From Alphaproteobacteria bacterium (lineage in GTDB: Bacteria; Pseudomonadota; Alphaproteobacteria; GCA-2731375), in NCBI GenBank assembly GCA_965225945.1, contig CBDDBZ010000038.1, positions 96,001 to 160,000 on the forward strand: DNA of 64,000 nt. The letters are read 5' to 3'. The notes below the pieces were generated by a model that saw nothing but the letters and a program-made list of their open reading frames with translations, was not told the DNA's origin and did not search any database. Each line of letters starts with the position of its first letter. Positions within the stretch are counted from its first letter, which is position 1. Below, in pieces: positions 1 through 11,465 of this stretch. The position numbers were made by a program, and so were the translations under genes.

Positions 1-357
1 GGGCTCCAATATCGGCGTCGGCGGGGATTCTGGCTCGGGTTGGGGCTCTGGCTCGGGTTGGGGCTCTGGCTCTGCTTCCGGTTCCGGCTCAACCTCGACG
101 GCCTCGACGGCCTCGACGGCCTCGACCGTCTCGGGATCCGTCAGGTCGGTGACCGAGCCATCGTCGTTGACGACGCTGGTGAGTTCCAGGATTTGGGCCT
201 CGTCCTCCTCGACCGGCTCGGGCACGGGCGTGGGCTCCGGTGGGGCCGCCTCGCCCTCCGGTTGCGCCGCTGGCGCGTCTTCGTCGGAGATGATCCGGCG
301 GATCGACGCCAGAATCTCCTCCATGGTCGGTTCGTCGTCGGCTTTCACGTCGCTCAT
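1..357 (-). CDS. popZ: Polar organizing protein PopZ (DUF2497), runs off the window edge
   Basis: Manual translation from ATG 357: MSDVKADDEPTMEEILASIRRIISDED (PopZ N-terminal helix) then a P/E-rich linker; conserved pcm-tolC-popZ order. Confidence 0.9.
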   Translation of the reverse strand, partial: MSDVKADDEPTMEEILASIRRIISDEDAPAAQPEGEAAPPEPTPVPEPVEEDEAQILELTSVVNDDGSVTDLTDPETVEAVEAVEAVEVEPEPEAEPEPQPEPEPQPEPESPPTPILEP

Positions 358-591
358 GCGCGACTCCGGGAATCAAATTTGCTCGACTCGACCTCGGAGG
401 CTACGCGACGATGGTTAAAAAGACCAGAACAGGGATTGATGAAACGCTAAAGAGGATGGCGTGCTTCAGGTTTAAAGCTATACGCCGGGGGAGCGGGCGG
501 CCTCGACCAAGCTTGAAATGCTCTAGCCGCCTCGGCGCGCCGCCGACCATGGGCGCCGGCCCCGACCGCATCGAAGGGGCGTTCGGGGCCT

Positions 592-2019
592 CTACTCCTC
601 GACCTTCCAGCCCCAGTATTTGTTTCTGACCCGGCCGTAGTGGGTGGTGGGATCATAGGGGGTGACGGGGACCTCGAGGCGGGCGACGGAGAGCCGGCCG
701 ACGGCGGCGTGGAGGGTGAAGCCGGCGACGTATTCGTCGCGCTCGGCCTCGACCAGGCCGACCCGGGCGTCCAGCAGCTCCTGCTCGGCGTCGAGCACGT
801 CCAGCGTGGTGCGCGAGCCGACCGCGGCCTCCTGGCGCACGCCCTCCAGCGCGATCTCGTTGGCCCGGACCTCCTGCTGGCGGGCGGCGATGTTGGAGCG
901 CGCGGTGCCCAGGTTCTCCCAAGATTGCGTCACCGTCTCCACCGCCCGGCGCCGCGCCCGCTCGACCTCGATGCGGCGCTGGTTCCTCAGCTCCTTGGCC
1001 TGGCGCACCCGGGCATGCACCGCGCCGGCCTGATAGAGCGGCACCGTGACCCGCGCCAGGATCGAGATCGAGTGGGTGGTGACGTACTCCCGCGTGGTCT
1101 CGTGGCCGCCATCGACGGTGCCGTTCAACGTCGCGTTCGGCAGGATTTCGCCGAAGGCCACCTCGACCGCGTCGCGGGCCGCGTCCTCCTGGTGTCCGGC
1201 ACCCTCCAGGTCCGGGTTCTCGGCCAGCGTGATCGCCATCGCCTCTTCCAGCGAGGCCGGCAACGCGGGCAGCGGCGGGGCTCCCTCCAGATCCCCCGGC
1301 TGGCCGCCGATCACCTGCGCGTAGGTCGCGTCGGAGACCGCCAGGCTGCCCTCGGCGGAGATCCGCTCGGCGATCGTGCGCGCGAGCCGCGCCTCCGCCT
1401 GGGCGACGTCGGTGCGGGTCACCTCGCCGACGTCGAAGCGGTCCTGCGTCGCCTCCAACTGGCGACGCAGGACCCGCTCGTTGTTGAGGTTGAGCTCGAC
1501 CCGGGCGCGGTCGCGCAGCACGTCCATATAGGCGGTGACGGCGGCCAGCAGCACGCTTTGCTCGCGCGACCGTAGCCGGGACCGGCCGGCCAGCACCTGC
1601 TTCTCGGCCTGGGCCGTAGCGGCGATGGTGCGCCCGCCGCGATAGAGCGGCTGCACCACCGAGAGCCGGCCGTTCACCTGGCGCAGGTTCTGCCTCCGGC
1701 TCGCCGAGGTATCGGAGTACACGTAGCCGCCCGCGGCGTCGACCGACACCGTCGGCCGCCAACCGGCCAACGCTTGCGGCACCGTCTCGTCGACGCCGCG
1801 CAGCTCAGCCCGGGCGGCGCCGAGGTCGGGGTTTTCGAGATAGGCCCGGGCCAACGCGTCGCGCATCGTCTCCGCGCCCGCGGCCTGGGTCGTCTCCGCG
1901 CCCGCGGCCTGGGTCGTCTCCGCGCCCGCGGCCTGGGTCCAACTCGCGCCGACGATCGCCACGAGCGCCAACGCGCCTCGAAATCTGCTCATGCTTGCCC
2001 TCGCGAAATTCGCTGGCAC
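592..2019 (-). CDS. TolC family outer membrane protein
   Basis: Signal peptide, OEP repeats (RFDVGEVTRTDVAQAEAR, GSRTTLDVLDAEQEL); exact start uncertain. Confidence 0.92.
   Translation of the reverse strand: MPANFARASMSRFRGALALVAIVGASWTQAAGAETTQAAGAETTQAAGAETMRDALARAYLENPDLGAARAELRGVDETVPQALAGWRPTVSVDAAGGYVYSDTSASRRQNLRQVNGRLSVVQPLYRGGRTIAATAQAEKQVLAGRSRLRSREQSVLLAAVTAYMDVLRDRARVELNLNNERVLRRQLEATQDRFDVGEVTRTDVAQAEARLARTIAERISAEGSLAVSDATYAQVIGGQPGDLEGAPPLPALPASLEEAMAITLAENPDLEGAGHQEDAARDAVEVAFGEILPNATLNGTVDGGHETTREYVTTHSISILARVTVPLYQAGAVHARVRQAKELRNQRRIEVERARRRAVETVTQSWENLGTARSNIAARQQEVRANEIALEGVRQEAAVGSRTTLDVLDAEQELLDARVGLVEAERDEYVAGFTLHAAVGRLSVARLEVPVTPYDPTTHYGRVRNKYWGWKVEE
1866..1937. repeat. 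3 x 24-bp in-frame tandem repeat in the tolC 5' region
   Basis: tcgtctccgcgcccgcggcctggg x3, encoding TQAAGAET repeats. Confidence 0.9.
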
Positions 2020-2101
2020 CCCGGGGGGCGTCGAGCCGACCCTAGTTCAGCCCGACCACGCGGGCAAACCGATACCGATACGAACCCCTCGCCGGTCGTC
2101 C

Positions 2102-2815
2102 TCAGAACCGGAACGTCGCCGACGCCTCCAACCCCGGCAACACCGGGACCTGCGCGTCGAACAGTTCCGTATGGGAAACCACGCCGTCCCGGCGCCGGTA
2201 AAGCATGGCCCGGCCAACCTCGCCTTCGCGCGAAACCAGGACCATGCGGCCGCCCTCACTCAACTGTTCGACCAGCGCTTCGGGCGGGCGCGCGGTGGCG
2301 CCGTTGACGACGATGACGTCGTAGGGACCTTGCTCGGCGCAGCCTTCCTCCAGCGCGCCCTCGACCACGGCGGCGTTGTCGATGCCGACCTCGGCCAGCG
2401 CCCGGTTGGCCCAGCCGGCGAGCTCGCCGTCGCTTTCGAGGGCGACCACGGCGCTCGCCAGGCGAGCCAGCACGGCGGTCGAGTAGCCGCTGGCGCAGCC
2501 GACGTCGAGCACCGCGTCCTCCGGCCCGATCGCCGCCGCCTGCAGCAGCCGCGCCAGCACGACCGGCGCCAACAGACAGCGGCCGGGGGCCACCGGCATG
2601 TCTTCGTCGACATAGGCGACGGCCCGCATCGTCGATGGCACGAAGGGCTCGCGCGGTATCTCCAGGAACGCCTCCGCGATCCGCTCGTCGGTGACGTTGT
2701 TGGGCAGGATTTGCCCCTCGACCATGGCCTTGCGCCGGTTTCCGCTCGCTTCCAAGCGCCTCTCCTCCACCCCTCCGATCGTCGCGACGTTATAGGGCTC
2801 GGGCGGCCCGGACAC
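2102..2815 (-). CDS. pcm: Protein-L-isoaspartate O-methyltransferase
   Basis: RKAMVEGQILPNNVTD, IPREPFVP, VLDVGCASGYSTAVLARLA; start may be downstream. Confidence 0.9.
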   Translation of the reverse strand: MSGPPEPYNVATIGGVEERRLEASGNRRKAMVEGQILPNNVTDERIAEAFLEIPREPFVPSTMRAVAYVDEDMPVAPGRCLLAPVVLARLLQAAAIGPEDAVLDVGCASGYSTAVLARLASAVVALESDGELAGWANRALAEVGIDNAAVVEGALEEGCAEQGPYDVIVVNGATARPPEALVEQLSEGGRMVLVSREGEVGRAMLYRRRDGVVSHTELFDAQVPVLPGLEASATFRF

Positions 2816-2905
2816 AACGTCGGATGAGGCCGGACGGGACGCGTTGACCCGGCGCCCGGCAAGGATTAAGTAAACTCGGTCGCGGCCGCGGCGGGCCTGG
2901 GCACA

Positions 2906-2979
2906 GGCGCGGTGGGAGAGTGGTTATCCAGCGGACTGCAAATCCGTTTACACCGGTTCGAATCCGGTCCGCGCCTCCA
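2906..2979 (+). tRNA. tRNA-Cys(GCA)
   Basis: GGCGCGG acceptor stem, anticodon arm gcgga-ctGCAaa-tccgt, GGTTCGAATCC T arm, CCA end. Confidence 0.97.
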
Positions 2980-4021
2980 AATATTTCAATAACTTAGCGA
3001 AGATTTCGAGACGCCGCCGAGTTCGTGTCAATACCAGGTAACCATAGCTCCTGGATGACCGTTTCCCGGGCCAGGGAGGCGGCTGGACGGCGATGCCGGG
3101 CGTTCGGGTAGGGGTTTCCCGCCCCCGCCACGCTCGCGGCGCGTCCAGCTTTTGCGGGCGCCGTGAACCGCCTACGCTGGCGATGCGCGACGATAAGGGG
3201 ATCGCCATCTACCGTGTCGGCGCGCGGCCCCCGCCGCCGTCGGATTGCGAGGGAGCGGCGGTGGGGGCACCCGCCACGCTCACGGCGCGACGCGACTTCC
3301 GTGGGGTTCAACCGGGGGCTACACTTGACGGGCGCGACGACAATGGGAACGGATTGCCCCCACGTCGCGCGGCCCCCGCCGTAGGCTCCCCCATCCCGGC
3401 GGCGGGGGTTCTCGACGTCACCTCGATTCGCCTTCACCGAACCGCCGCCAGAGCCGCCCCGAGCGGTCCGGCCGGCCGATTGTCTTCGCCACCACCCGTC
3501 GCCGAGGATCGTGGATCGGCGATGTCCGGAATCGCACCATCGACCTCTGGTGTACCCCCAGGACTCCCCGTAATATTAGCAGGTGCTAACAGGAGAATAT
3601 TGACCCGTTCGAGACATTGGACAGGTTGGTATAGCAACTAATTGACGGCCTGCGACCGCCACCTCTACCACCGTGACGGCGGCCCATCGTGTAGCATCCA
3701 GATCGCCCGATAGGACAGGAGTGTGCTGCGCAGGTCGGAGTGCGCCCTCCCAGTGCAAAATGGTCACGGGTCCGAGTTGCTCATCGTCAAATCAGCTCGA
3801 CAAAGAGCGGGCCACGGCCTACCGTGTCAGCTCAGAGTCGGATTCGCGGTCGGATGCCCATCCTGTGATTGGGAGGAGCCATCTGGGGAATCCCGGTTTA
3901 GCGTCGAGAGCGTAGCATAGGGGGAAACTCATGCGGCGCCTGATGGCACATTTATTCATTGTCGGTCTGGTTGGCGGGTGCGTGAAATCCGATGTAGTTC
4001 GGTTGTTATCGTGAGAAAACG

Positions 4022-4498
4022 ATGACACATACTTCTCACGAAATACGGGAAGCGCAACCTAGTGGCGTCGACCACTACGAACTTGCCTCTCAGCTGCTCG
4101 CGCAGCACGAAATTCTATATTCGAAAATTAGCGAAAACTGTAAACTACCGAGGCAGCTTATCCCCTCCGCCCTAACAGAAGTCGTTCGTTTTCTTCATCT
4201 TTGTGGATTTTCACAAGAAATCCTCACTCCTTCTATTTTGGTGGATAACATCTGGCACGAATTCATTCTCTGCACCAAAGCATATGAAAATTTTTGTGAC
4301 CTGAATTTTGGAAGGCTGATTCACCATTACCCAGGCGGTTCACGGCAAGATAATCTACAGCGGTTTGAGAAGACCCTGGAACTTTACCACTTTCATTTTG
4401 GTACCCCAGATCTTCGGTTTTGGGAAATTAGAGCATCTCCTATCTCGCCCAATTCCAGCTGTGGAAGCTGCAGAACACTCAGTGGATGGAGGAATTAA
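4022..4498 (+). CDS. Glycine-rich-domain-protein-like (DUF1399/TIGR04222-like) hypothetical protein, low GC
   Basis: Motif PSILVDNIWHEFILCTKAYENFC..FGRLIHHYP; AT-rich codon usage. Confidence 0.7.
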   Translation: MTHTSHEIREAQPSGVDHYELASQLLAQHEILYSKISENCKLPRQLIPSALTEVVRFLHLCGFSQEILTPSILVDNIWHEFILCTKAYENFCDLNFGRLIHHYPGGSRQDNLQRFEKTLELYHFHFGTPDLRFWEIRASPISPNSSCGSCRTLSGWRN

Positions 4499-4502
4499 TA
4501 TG

Positions 4503-5649
4503 GTAACTGCCCAGGTACATGGTGGCCTTTTAGGCGGCGTGGAGACGCTCGATCAGGGTTTCGGGATTTTCCATGAGCGCCTGGATGATGTTCCAGCCCT
4601 GTTTTCTGGCGGTCGAGATGAAGCCGCGGACGGTGGCAAAGTCTTCGGCGCCTTTCTGGCTGCGGAAGCCGCCGGAGATTTTCTGCTTGACCTTCATCAT
4701 GCGCCCGTCCTGCTCGGCCTGATTGTTGGTGAACGGCACGGCGAAATTGATGAGGAAGCGCAGCGCGTCTTCCTTGTGTGTCTGAAGGCGCCGGAGAAGG
4801 TTGTGCCCGGTGCGGCGCGGCTTGCTTCCCCGGCGCTTGGCCTTGCTCGATCTGGGCGCAAGAGGAGGTTGTGCCTCGTGAAAGGCGATGCCCTCGGCCG
4901 TGATCGCGTCGTAACACCCTCGGAAGCGCTCGACGAGGCCTGGTTTCAGCGCCACGCCCCGCTCCCGGGCGAGATTTACCGCGTGGCAGGCGCGGCGCAA
5001 TAGTCTCTGCATCTTGCGTGCCCAGCCCTCCTTCTCGATCTCGATCAGGGCTTGCAACTCGCGCAGGTGATGGGCGTTGCACAGCGCGTGCCGTACGCCC
5101 TCCATCGTAAAGTACGGCTTCCAGTGGTCATGGACGACGATGCCGCCGACTCCGCCGAGCAGGCTGCCGCGTCGCTCCGAGACCCGATAGAAGGTCAACC
5201 GCGCGGTCGAGGCGACGTGCAACCATTGGGTCCGCCCGGCGATCCGCAAGCCGGTCTCGTCCATGTGCTTGACCGGCGCCGATTTCACCAGTTCGCGGAT
5301 CACATCGACGACGCCTTGGACGGACTCGGCGCTGTTCCCGCCCCTCCGCGCGAGGCTCGCCGGAGACAGTTCCGCCCCGAACAGATCCTTCATCAATTCA
5401 GCCAGGCGGTCCTCGGGCAGGAGTTGGTAGTGCGACAGGTAGACCACCATGGCTCCGATCCGAGCGCCGTATTGAACCGGGCCGGTGATGGCGACGGGAA
5501 AAGAAGCCCGAGTGTACGTGCCGCAATGCCCGCAACGGCAGCGATGCGCCCGATGCTCCGTGACCACCAGGGGCCGGGGCTCGGGTAGATCGAAAACCTG
5601 GCGGGCCCCATGGCCGGTAGCCATATCCGGCGTCAATCCCGAACCACAC
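4503..5649 (-). mobile_element. IS66 family element, transposase 5'-truncated by IS21
   Basis: HMDETGLR, VHDHWKPY, CNAHHLREL, FTNNQAEQDGR, KVKQKISGGFRS; GTAAC terminus at 4503; ORF ends at 4530. Confidence 0.9.
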
Positions 5650-5764
5650 TGTGGAACGGCGTGCAAAGTTGACCCCTGTTGAGGGGTGATCGGCGTCCAA
5701 ATTTGACCCCCTGAGCCTGGCTAGTCCAAGTCACCTCGTTTTTGGGCGGACGAGGTGGTGGGGG

Positions 5765-7276
5765 ATGTTGGTCGTGGAGACGATAGCGCGGATCCGGCGG
5801 GAGTATTTCGTCAAGGGGAAGCCGATCAAGGAGATCGTGCGGGACGTGAAGGTCTCGGGCAACACGGTGCGCAAGGTGATCCGTTCGCAGGCGACGGCGT
5901 TCACCTACGACCGGCGGGTCCAGCCGATGCCGAAGCTGGGGCCGTGGACGGCCGAGCTGGAGCGGATGCTGGAGGCCAACGAGACCAAGTCGAAGCGGGA
6001 GCGGCTGACGCTGCTACGGATCTCCGAAGCCCTCGAGGGTCTGGGCTATGGCGGCGGCTACGACGCGGTGCGGCGCTACGCCAAGGCGTGGCGGTGGCGC
6101 CGTTCGGCATCGACGGCGCAGACCTATGTGCCGTTGGTGTTCTCGCCGGGCGAGGCCTATCAGTTCGACTGGAGCCACGAGTACGTGGTGCTGGCGGGGG
6201 TGACGACCAAGGTCAAGGTCGCGCACGTCCGGCTGTGCCACAGCCGAATGTTCTTCGTCCGCGCTTATCCGCGCGAGAGCCAGGAGATGGTGTTCGACGC
6301 CCACGACCGGGCATTCCGGCTGTTCCAGGGTGCCTGCCGGCGAGGCATCTACGACAACATGAAGACGGCGGTGCAGACCGTCCTCATCGGCAAGGAGCGC
6401 GCGTTCAACCGGCGCTTCGTGCAGATGTGTGGCCACTACCTGGTCGAACCGACAGCATGCACGCCGGGAGCGGGATGGGAGAAGGGGCAGGTCGAGAACC
6501 AGGTCGGGATCATCCGCGGTCGGTTCTTCACCCCGCGGCTGCGCTTCAAGACCTACGACGAGCTCAACGCCTGGCTCTTGGACCAGTGCGTCGCCTACGC
6601 CCGGCGTCATCCCCACCCGGTGTTCAAGGACAGGACTGTCTGGCAGGTGTTCGAGGACGAGCGTCCGTCCCTGGTCGGCTATCGCGGGCCGTTCGACGGC
6701 TTCCACGCGGTCCCGGCGTCGGTGTCGAAGACCTGCCTGGTGCGCTTCGACAGCAACAAGTACAGCGTGGCGGCGCGCGCCGTCGGCCGTCCGGTCGAGG
6801 TCCATGCCTACGCCGATCGCATCGTCATCCGCCAGGACGGCGAGATCGTCGCCGAGCATGCCCGGCGCTTCGGCCGCGACCAGACCGTCTATGACCCGTG
6901 GCACTACGTGCCCGTGCTGGCGAGGAAGCCCGGTGCGCTTCGTAACGGCGCGCCGTTCAAGGACTGGGCGCTGCCCGGCGCCCTGGGTCGCGTGCGCGTC
7001 CGGCTCGCCGGCCACGACGACGGCGACAGGCAGATGGTCGAGATCCTCACCGCCGTGCTGGCGGATGGGCTGGCGGCGGTGGAGGCCGCCTGTGCCGAGG
7101 CGCTCGCTGGCGGCGTGTGCAGCGCCGACGTCGTGCTCAACATCCTCAATCGTCGGCGCCAGCCGTCCGAGACGGCGCCGATCCCGACGCCCGCGAACCT
7201 GCGTCTTCGCTTTGAGCCGGTGGCCGATTGCACCCGCTACGACCGCTTGAGGGGGGTCGGCCATGGAGCGCCATGA
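5765..7276 (+). CDS. istA: IS21 transposase IstA
   Basis: [23 protein letters not shown]. Confidence 0.95.
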   Translation: MLVVETIARIRREYFVKGKPIKEIVRDVKVSGNTVRKVIRSQATAFTYDRRVQPMPKLGPWTAELERMLEANETKSKRERLTLLRISEALEGLGYGGGYDAVRRYAKAWRWRRSASTAQTYVPLVFSPGEAYQFDWSHEYVVLAGVTTKVKVAHVRLCHSRMFFVRAYPRESQEMVFDAHDRAFRLFQGACRRGIYDNMKTAVQTVLIGKERAFNRRFVQMCGHYLVEPTACTPGAGWEKGQVENQVGIIRGRFFTPRLRFKTYDELNAWLLDQCVAYARRHPHPVFKDRTVWQVFEDERPSLVGYRGPFDGFHAVPASVSKTCLVRFDSNKYSVAARAVGRPVEVHAYADRIVIRQDGEIVAEHARRFGRDQTVYDPWHYVPVLARKPGALRNGAPFKDWALPGALGRVRVRLAGHDDGDRQMVEILTAVLADGLAAVEAACAEALAGGVCSADVVLNILNRRRQPSETAPIPTPANLRLRFEPVADCTRYDRLRGVGHGAP

Positions 7277-7991
7277 GGTCCTGGAGATGATGGCCGCACT
7301 CAAGCTCGCCGGCATGCGCGACGCGTTCGACGAGGTGCTCGCCGACGGCCTCAAGCGCCAGCATCCGATGCAGCGAATCATCGGCGAGCTGTTGAAGGCC
7401 GAGATCGCCGACAAGCAGGCGCGATCCATCAAGTACCAGATGAGTGGCGCCAAGCTGCCGCTGGCCAAGGAGCTGGCCGACTTCGACTTCACCGACACCC
7501 CGGTCAACGAGCCGCTGGTCCGCGAGTTGGCGGTCGGCGGCTTCCTGGCCAACCAGCGCAACGCCGTGCTGATCGGCGGCACCGGCACCGGCAAGAGCCA
7601 TCTCGCCGTCGCCATCGCGCGGGCCTGCATCCGCGATGGCGCCCGGGGCCGCTTCTTCAACGTCGTCGACCTGGTCAACCGGCTCGAGGCCGAAGCCCGC
7701 GCCGGCCGCCAGGGCCGGCTCGCCGATCAGCTGGCCCGGCGCGACCTCGTCATCCTCGACGAGCTCGGCTACCTGCCCTTCGCCCAAACCGGAGGCCAGC
7801 TGCTGTTCCACCTCGTCAGCCGGCTCTACGAGCGCACCTCGATCATCGTCACCACCAACCTGACCTTCGGCGAATGGCCGTCCGTCTTCGGCGACGCCAA
7901 GATGACCACCGCGCTCCTCGATCGTCTGACGCACCACTGCGAGATCATCGAGACCGGAAACGACTCCTGGCGCTTCAAGAATCGGTCCTAA
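7263..7991 (+). CDS. istB: IS21 helper ATPase IstB
   Basis: Walker [29 protein letters not shown]. Confidence 0.95.
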   Translation: MERHEVLEMMAALKLAGMRDAFDEVLADGLKRQHPMQRIIGELLKAEIADKQARSIKYQMSGAKLPLAKELADFDFTDTPVNEPLVRELAVGGFLANQRNAVLIGGTGTGKSHLAVAIARACIRDGARGRFFNVVDLVNRLEAEARAGRQGRLADQLARRDLVILDELGYLPFAQTGGQLLFHLVSRLYERTSIIVTTNLTFGEWPSVFGDAKMTTALLDRLTHHCEIIETGNDSWRFKNRS

Positions 7992-8872
7992 AGGCAACCG
8001 ATCCACCTGCCGCCCGGTCGCCCAGGTGGGCCCACAGGAACCTCCCACGCGCGGTCCGCCGCCAGCCGCGTGGTGGGCGCGTCGGCCCGCGCGCGGGCCC
8101 CTCCTATGGACTACCTGTACGACCTCCGCCGTGCATCCCCAAAGGGGTCAACATTGCACGCCGATAGGGGGTCAATGTTCAACGCCGATTGACACCCATG
8201 TGACCTTGGCGCAGATCGCCGGCGGTTGGACCACGCCGAGTCTCGCGTAACCGCAGCTGAAACGAGCGTCTCGCCCGGCCGCGCCAGAACGGTCGGGCGG
8301 GCGGCGAGGTTCACGCTAGCGCCCGTCACCGTCTAGTCCAGATGTGCCGCGCGCCATCGCGGCCGAGGCCGGCTTCAGGCTCGCCATCTCGGGCGATCTC
8401 GCCGGCCCGGTCCATGTCACCCAGATGCGGGGCGTGCCGCTGGTCCGCGCGCTCCGCCGCCCCCTCGGCGAGACCTCGATGGTCATGCGCCTCGAGGTGG
8501 CGAGCGAGGACCGGCGCGTGGCCGAGCTGCGCCTACGCCGCTGCCCGGACAATGACCGCGGCGCCTCGCCACCAGGCGCCGAGACGAAGGCGCGGACGAT
8601 GGAGGGGGAAATCGAGAATGACGCCTGAATTAATGCTTGATGACATCGACAAGGCGTGTCGCTCGAATAGGCTGGTGCCGTCGGGAAGCGGGGTTTGGAC
8701 TGCCTCCTGACCCTTCCCGAGCACCTGTCCCGAGCCGGGTGGAGGCAAACTCTCCCCCGGCTCTTTCTTTGTGGGGCCGGTCGGGGTCGACTCCGGCCTC
8801 GGTCTCATGGCGAGCCATTTGCCCGGATCCGGCGTTAGGGACGTCGAGGCCGGGCGTGCGAAGCGCGCCGCC

Positions 8873-10003
8873 TCAAAGCTCGCCGTAGCGCCTGAGGTGG
8901 TGGTCCTGGTTGCCGAGCATGGTGTCGATCATGGTCAGCCGCTTGAAATAGTGGCCGACGTTCAATTCGTCGGTCATCCCCATGCCGCCGTGGAGCTGCA
9001 CCGACTGCTGGCCGACGAAGCGGCCCGACTTGCCGATCTGGACCTTGCCGGCGGCGACCGCGCGGGCCCGCTCGCGGGCATCCTCGTCGTCGACCTTCAT
9101 GGTCGCCATGTAGGCCATGGAGCGGGCTTCCTCCACGAGCATGAACATGTCGACCATGCGATGCTGCAGGACCTGGAACTTGCCGATCGGCTGGCCGAAC
9201 TGGACCCGGGTCTTGAGGTATTCGTTGGTCGTATCCAGCAGCACCTGCATGCAGCCGACCGCCTCCGCCAGGAGTGCGACGATGCCGCGTTCGGCGACCC
9301 GTTGCAGGATCGCCAAGCCGCCGCCGACCTCGCCCAGGACGGCCGCGCCCTCGACCCGGACCGCCTCGAAGGTGAGCTCCGAGGCGCGCTGGCCGTCGAC
9401 CGTCGGATAGTCGCGCCGGACGAGCCCGTCGGCGCCGCCATCGACCAGGAAGAGGGTGATGCCGTCCGCGTCGCGGCTGCCGCCCGAGCTGCGGGCGCTG
9501 ACCACGACCTTGTCCGCGCTCGGCGCGTGGATGACCACGCCCTTGTGGCCATCGATGACCCAGCCGTCGCCGTCGACCTTGGCCGTGGTCTCGACGTTTG
9601 CCAAATCGAAGCGCGACTGCCGCTCGGCATAGGCCAGCGCCAGCTTCAGCTCGCCCGCCGCCAGCTTCGGCAACAGCTCGTGCTTCACCTCCTCGCTCGC
9701 ACCCGCCAGCAGAGCGTTGCCGCCGAGCACCACGGTCGCGAAGAAGGGCTCCAGCACCAGGCCGGCGCCGAAGCCCTCCATGATCACCATGACCTCGATC
9801 GGGCCGCCGCCGATGCCGCCATATTCCTCCGGCAGCGCCACGGCGAGCCAGCCGAGCTCCGCCATCCGGCGCCAGTTGGCCTCGTCGTAGCCCGGCTCGC
9901 CGTCGGCGAGCTTGCGACGGGTCTCGAAGGCATAGGCCTCGCGCACGAAGCGCTCGACGCTGTCCTTCAGGAGCTGCTGTTCCTCGGATAGTGAAAAATC
10001 CAT
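8873..10003 (-). CDS. Acyl-CoA dehydrogenase, PimD-like small subunit
   Basis: MDFSLSEEQQLL, RVQFGQPIGKFQVLQHRMVDM, QLHGGMGMTDE. Confidence 0.9.
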   Translation of the reverse strand: MDFSLSEEQQLLKDSVERFVREAYAFETRRKLADGEPGYDEANWRRMAELGWLAVALPEEYGGIGGGPIEVMVIMEGFGAGLVLEPFFATVVLGGNALLAGASEEVKHELLPKLAAGELKLALAYAERQSRFDLANVETTAKVDGDGWVIDGHKGVVIHAPSADKVVVSARSSGGSRDADGITLFLVDGGADGLVRRDYPTVDGQRASELTFEAVRVEGAAVLGEVGGGLAILQRVAERGIVALLAEAVGCMQVLLDTTNEYLKTRVQFGQPIGKFQVLQHRMVDMFMLVEEARSMAYMATMKVDDEDARERARAVAAGKVQIGKSGRFVGQQSVQLHGGMGMTDELNVGHYFKRLTMIDTMLGNQDHHLRRYGEL

Positions 10004-10032
10004 TCTCTCCCCCCCCCCCCCGACGCCGCCCC

Positions 10033-10074
10033 CGGCGCCGTGGCTCCCTATAGCGGCGCCGTGGCTCCCTATAG
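10033..10074. repeat. 2 x 21-bp tandem repeat between the acyl-CoA dehydrogenase genes
   Basis: cggcgccgtggctccctatag x2. Confidence 0.85.
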
Positions 10075-10114
10075 CATTGTCCCATCCGACCTAGAGCATG
10101 AACGTCGGTCGGGC

Positions 10115-11308
10115 TCAAAGGCCCAGGACCAACTTGGCGACGATGTTGCGTTGAATTTCGTTGGTGCCGCCGTAGATCGTCGCCGCGCGCGAATACAGGA
10201 AGTCCCCCGTCTGTCCCGGCGCCATCTCGCCGCCCGGTGGCGGCAGGTTGCGAGCCGCGTCCCCGGCCACCTCCAGCACCATGGCGTAATGGCCGAGCGC
10301 CTCGAGCGAGAGCTCGGTGATTCGCTGGCGCAGCTCCGAGCCCCGAATCTTCAGAAGAGAGGCCCGCGCGCCGACATCGCCGCCCGCCGTCTCCTCCGCG
10401 AGATAGCGCAGGTTGGTGTATTCGAGCGCCATGAGGTCGACCTCCACCTCGTCGATCCGCCGGCGGAAGCCGTCGTCCTCGATCAAGGCGCCGGTGCCCG
10501 CGCTCTCACCCGCCGCGATCTCCCGCAGGCGGCGCAGGCGCTGCTTCGAGGGCCCGACCTCGGCGATCCCGGTCCGCTCCATGGCCAGCAGGAATTTGGC
10601 GTAGGTCCAGCCCTTGTTCTCCTCGCCGACCCGGTTGGCGATGGGCACGCGGACGTCGGTGAAATAGGTCATGTTGACGTGGTGGCCGCCATCGATGGTT
10701 GGAATCGGCCGCACCTCGATCCCCGGCGTGGTCATGTCGATCAACAGGAAGCTGATGCCTTCCTGCGGCTTGCCGTCGCCGGAGGTGCGCACCAGGCAGA
10801 ACATCCAGTCCGCCCAATGCGCGAGCGAGGTCCAGGTCTTGGTGCCGTTGACGACATAGTGATCACCCTCGGGCACCGCCTTGGTGCTGAGCGAGGCCAG
10901 ATCGGAGCCCGCGCCGGGTTCGGAATAGCCTTGGCACCAGAACGCCTCGCCGCTCAGGATCGCGGGCAGGAATTTCTTCTGCTGGCCTGCGTCGCCGAAG
11001 GTATAGATCACCGGGCCCACCATCTGCAGGCCGAAGGGCTGCGGCTCCGGCGCATCGCCGGCCGCCAGCGCCTCGGCGAAGAGATAGCGCCGGGTGGCAT
11101 CCCAGCCGGCCCCGCCGTGTTCCTCGGGCCAATGCGGCGCCGCCCAGCCCTTCTCGTGCAGGATGCGCTGCCAACGCCGGTGATCGGGCTTGTCGAGCGC
11201 GCGGCCGACGCGCATCGCCTCGCGAATGTCGCGTGGCAGGCGCTCGGCGACGAAGGCCTCGACCTCGGCGCGAAAGGCGATTTCCTCGGGGCTGAAGGCG
11301 AGATCCAT
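10115..11308 (-). CDS. Acyl-CoA dehydrogenase, PimC-like large subunit
   Basis: WCQGYSEPGAGSDLASL, TIYGGTNEIQRNI. Confidence 0.92.
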   Translation of the reverse strand: MDLAFSPEEIAFRAEVEAFVAERLPRDIREAMRVGRALDKPDHRRWQRILHEKGWAAPHWPEEHGGAGWDATRRYLFAEALAAGDAPEPQPFGLQMVGPVIYTFGDAGQQKKFLPAILSGEAFWCQGYSEPGAGSDLASLSTKAVPEGDHYVVNGTKTWTSLAHWADWMFCLVRTSGDGKPQEGISFLLIDMTTPGIEVRPIPTIDGGHHVNMTYFTDVRVPIANRVGEENKGWTYAKFLLAMERTGIAEVGPSKQRLRRLREIAAGESAGTGALIEDDGFRRRIDEVEVDLMALEYTNLRYLAEETAGGDVGARASLLKIRGSELRQRITELSLEALGHYAMVLEVAGDAARNLPPPGGEMAPGQTGDFLYSRAATIYGGTNEIQRNIVAKLVLGL

Positions 11309-11465
11309 GGCAGCATTCCCAACACTTCTGGCGAGCGTTTCAATTTAGGCGCCGGCGGAACCGACGACAAGACGGCACGGACGGCGACGGCCGGACTTAA
11401 TTCAGTCGCGCGCGGGGGCCCGTTATGATTAGGTTTCGCGGCGGCGAACAACAGGGAGGGCGGTC

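Larger units (their letters stand above)
5650..8194 (+). mobile_element. IS21 family element, copy 1 (2545 bp)
   Basis: TG...CA ends with repeated TTGACCCC/GGCG motifs; istA-istB; near-identical to 51500-54044; no target duplication seen. Confidence 0.95.

Noticed and set aside
8195-8870. Small ORFs after IS21 (e.g. 8344-8628)
   Set aside because: No recognisable motif; probably remnants or shadow ORFs.
10009-10021. Poly-C tract as a phase-variation switch before the pimD-like gene
   Set aside because: Intergenic, next to a metabolic gene, and homopolymer length is unreliable in this assembly.
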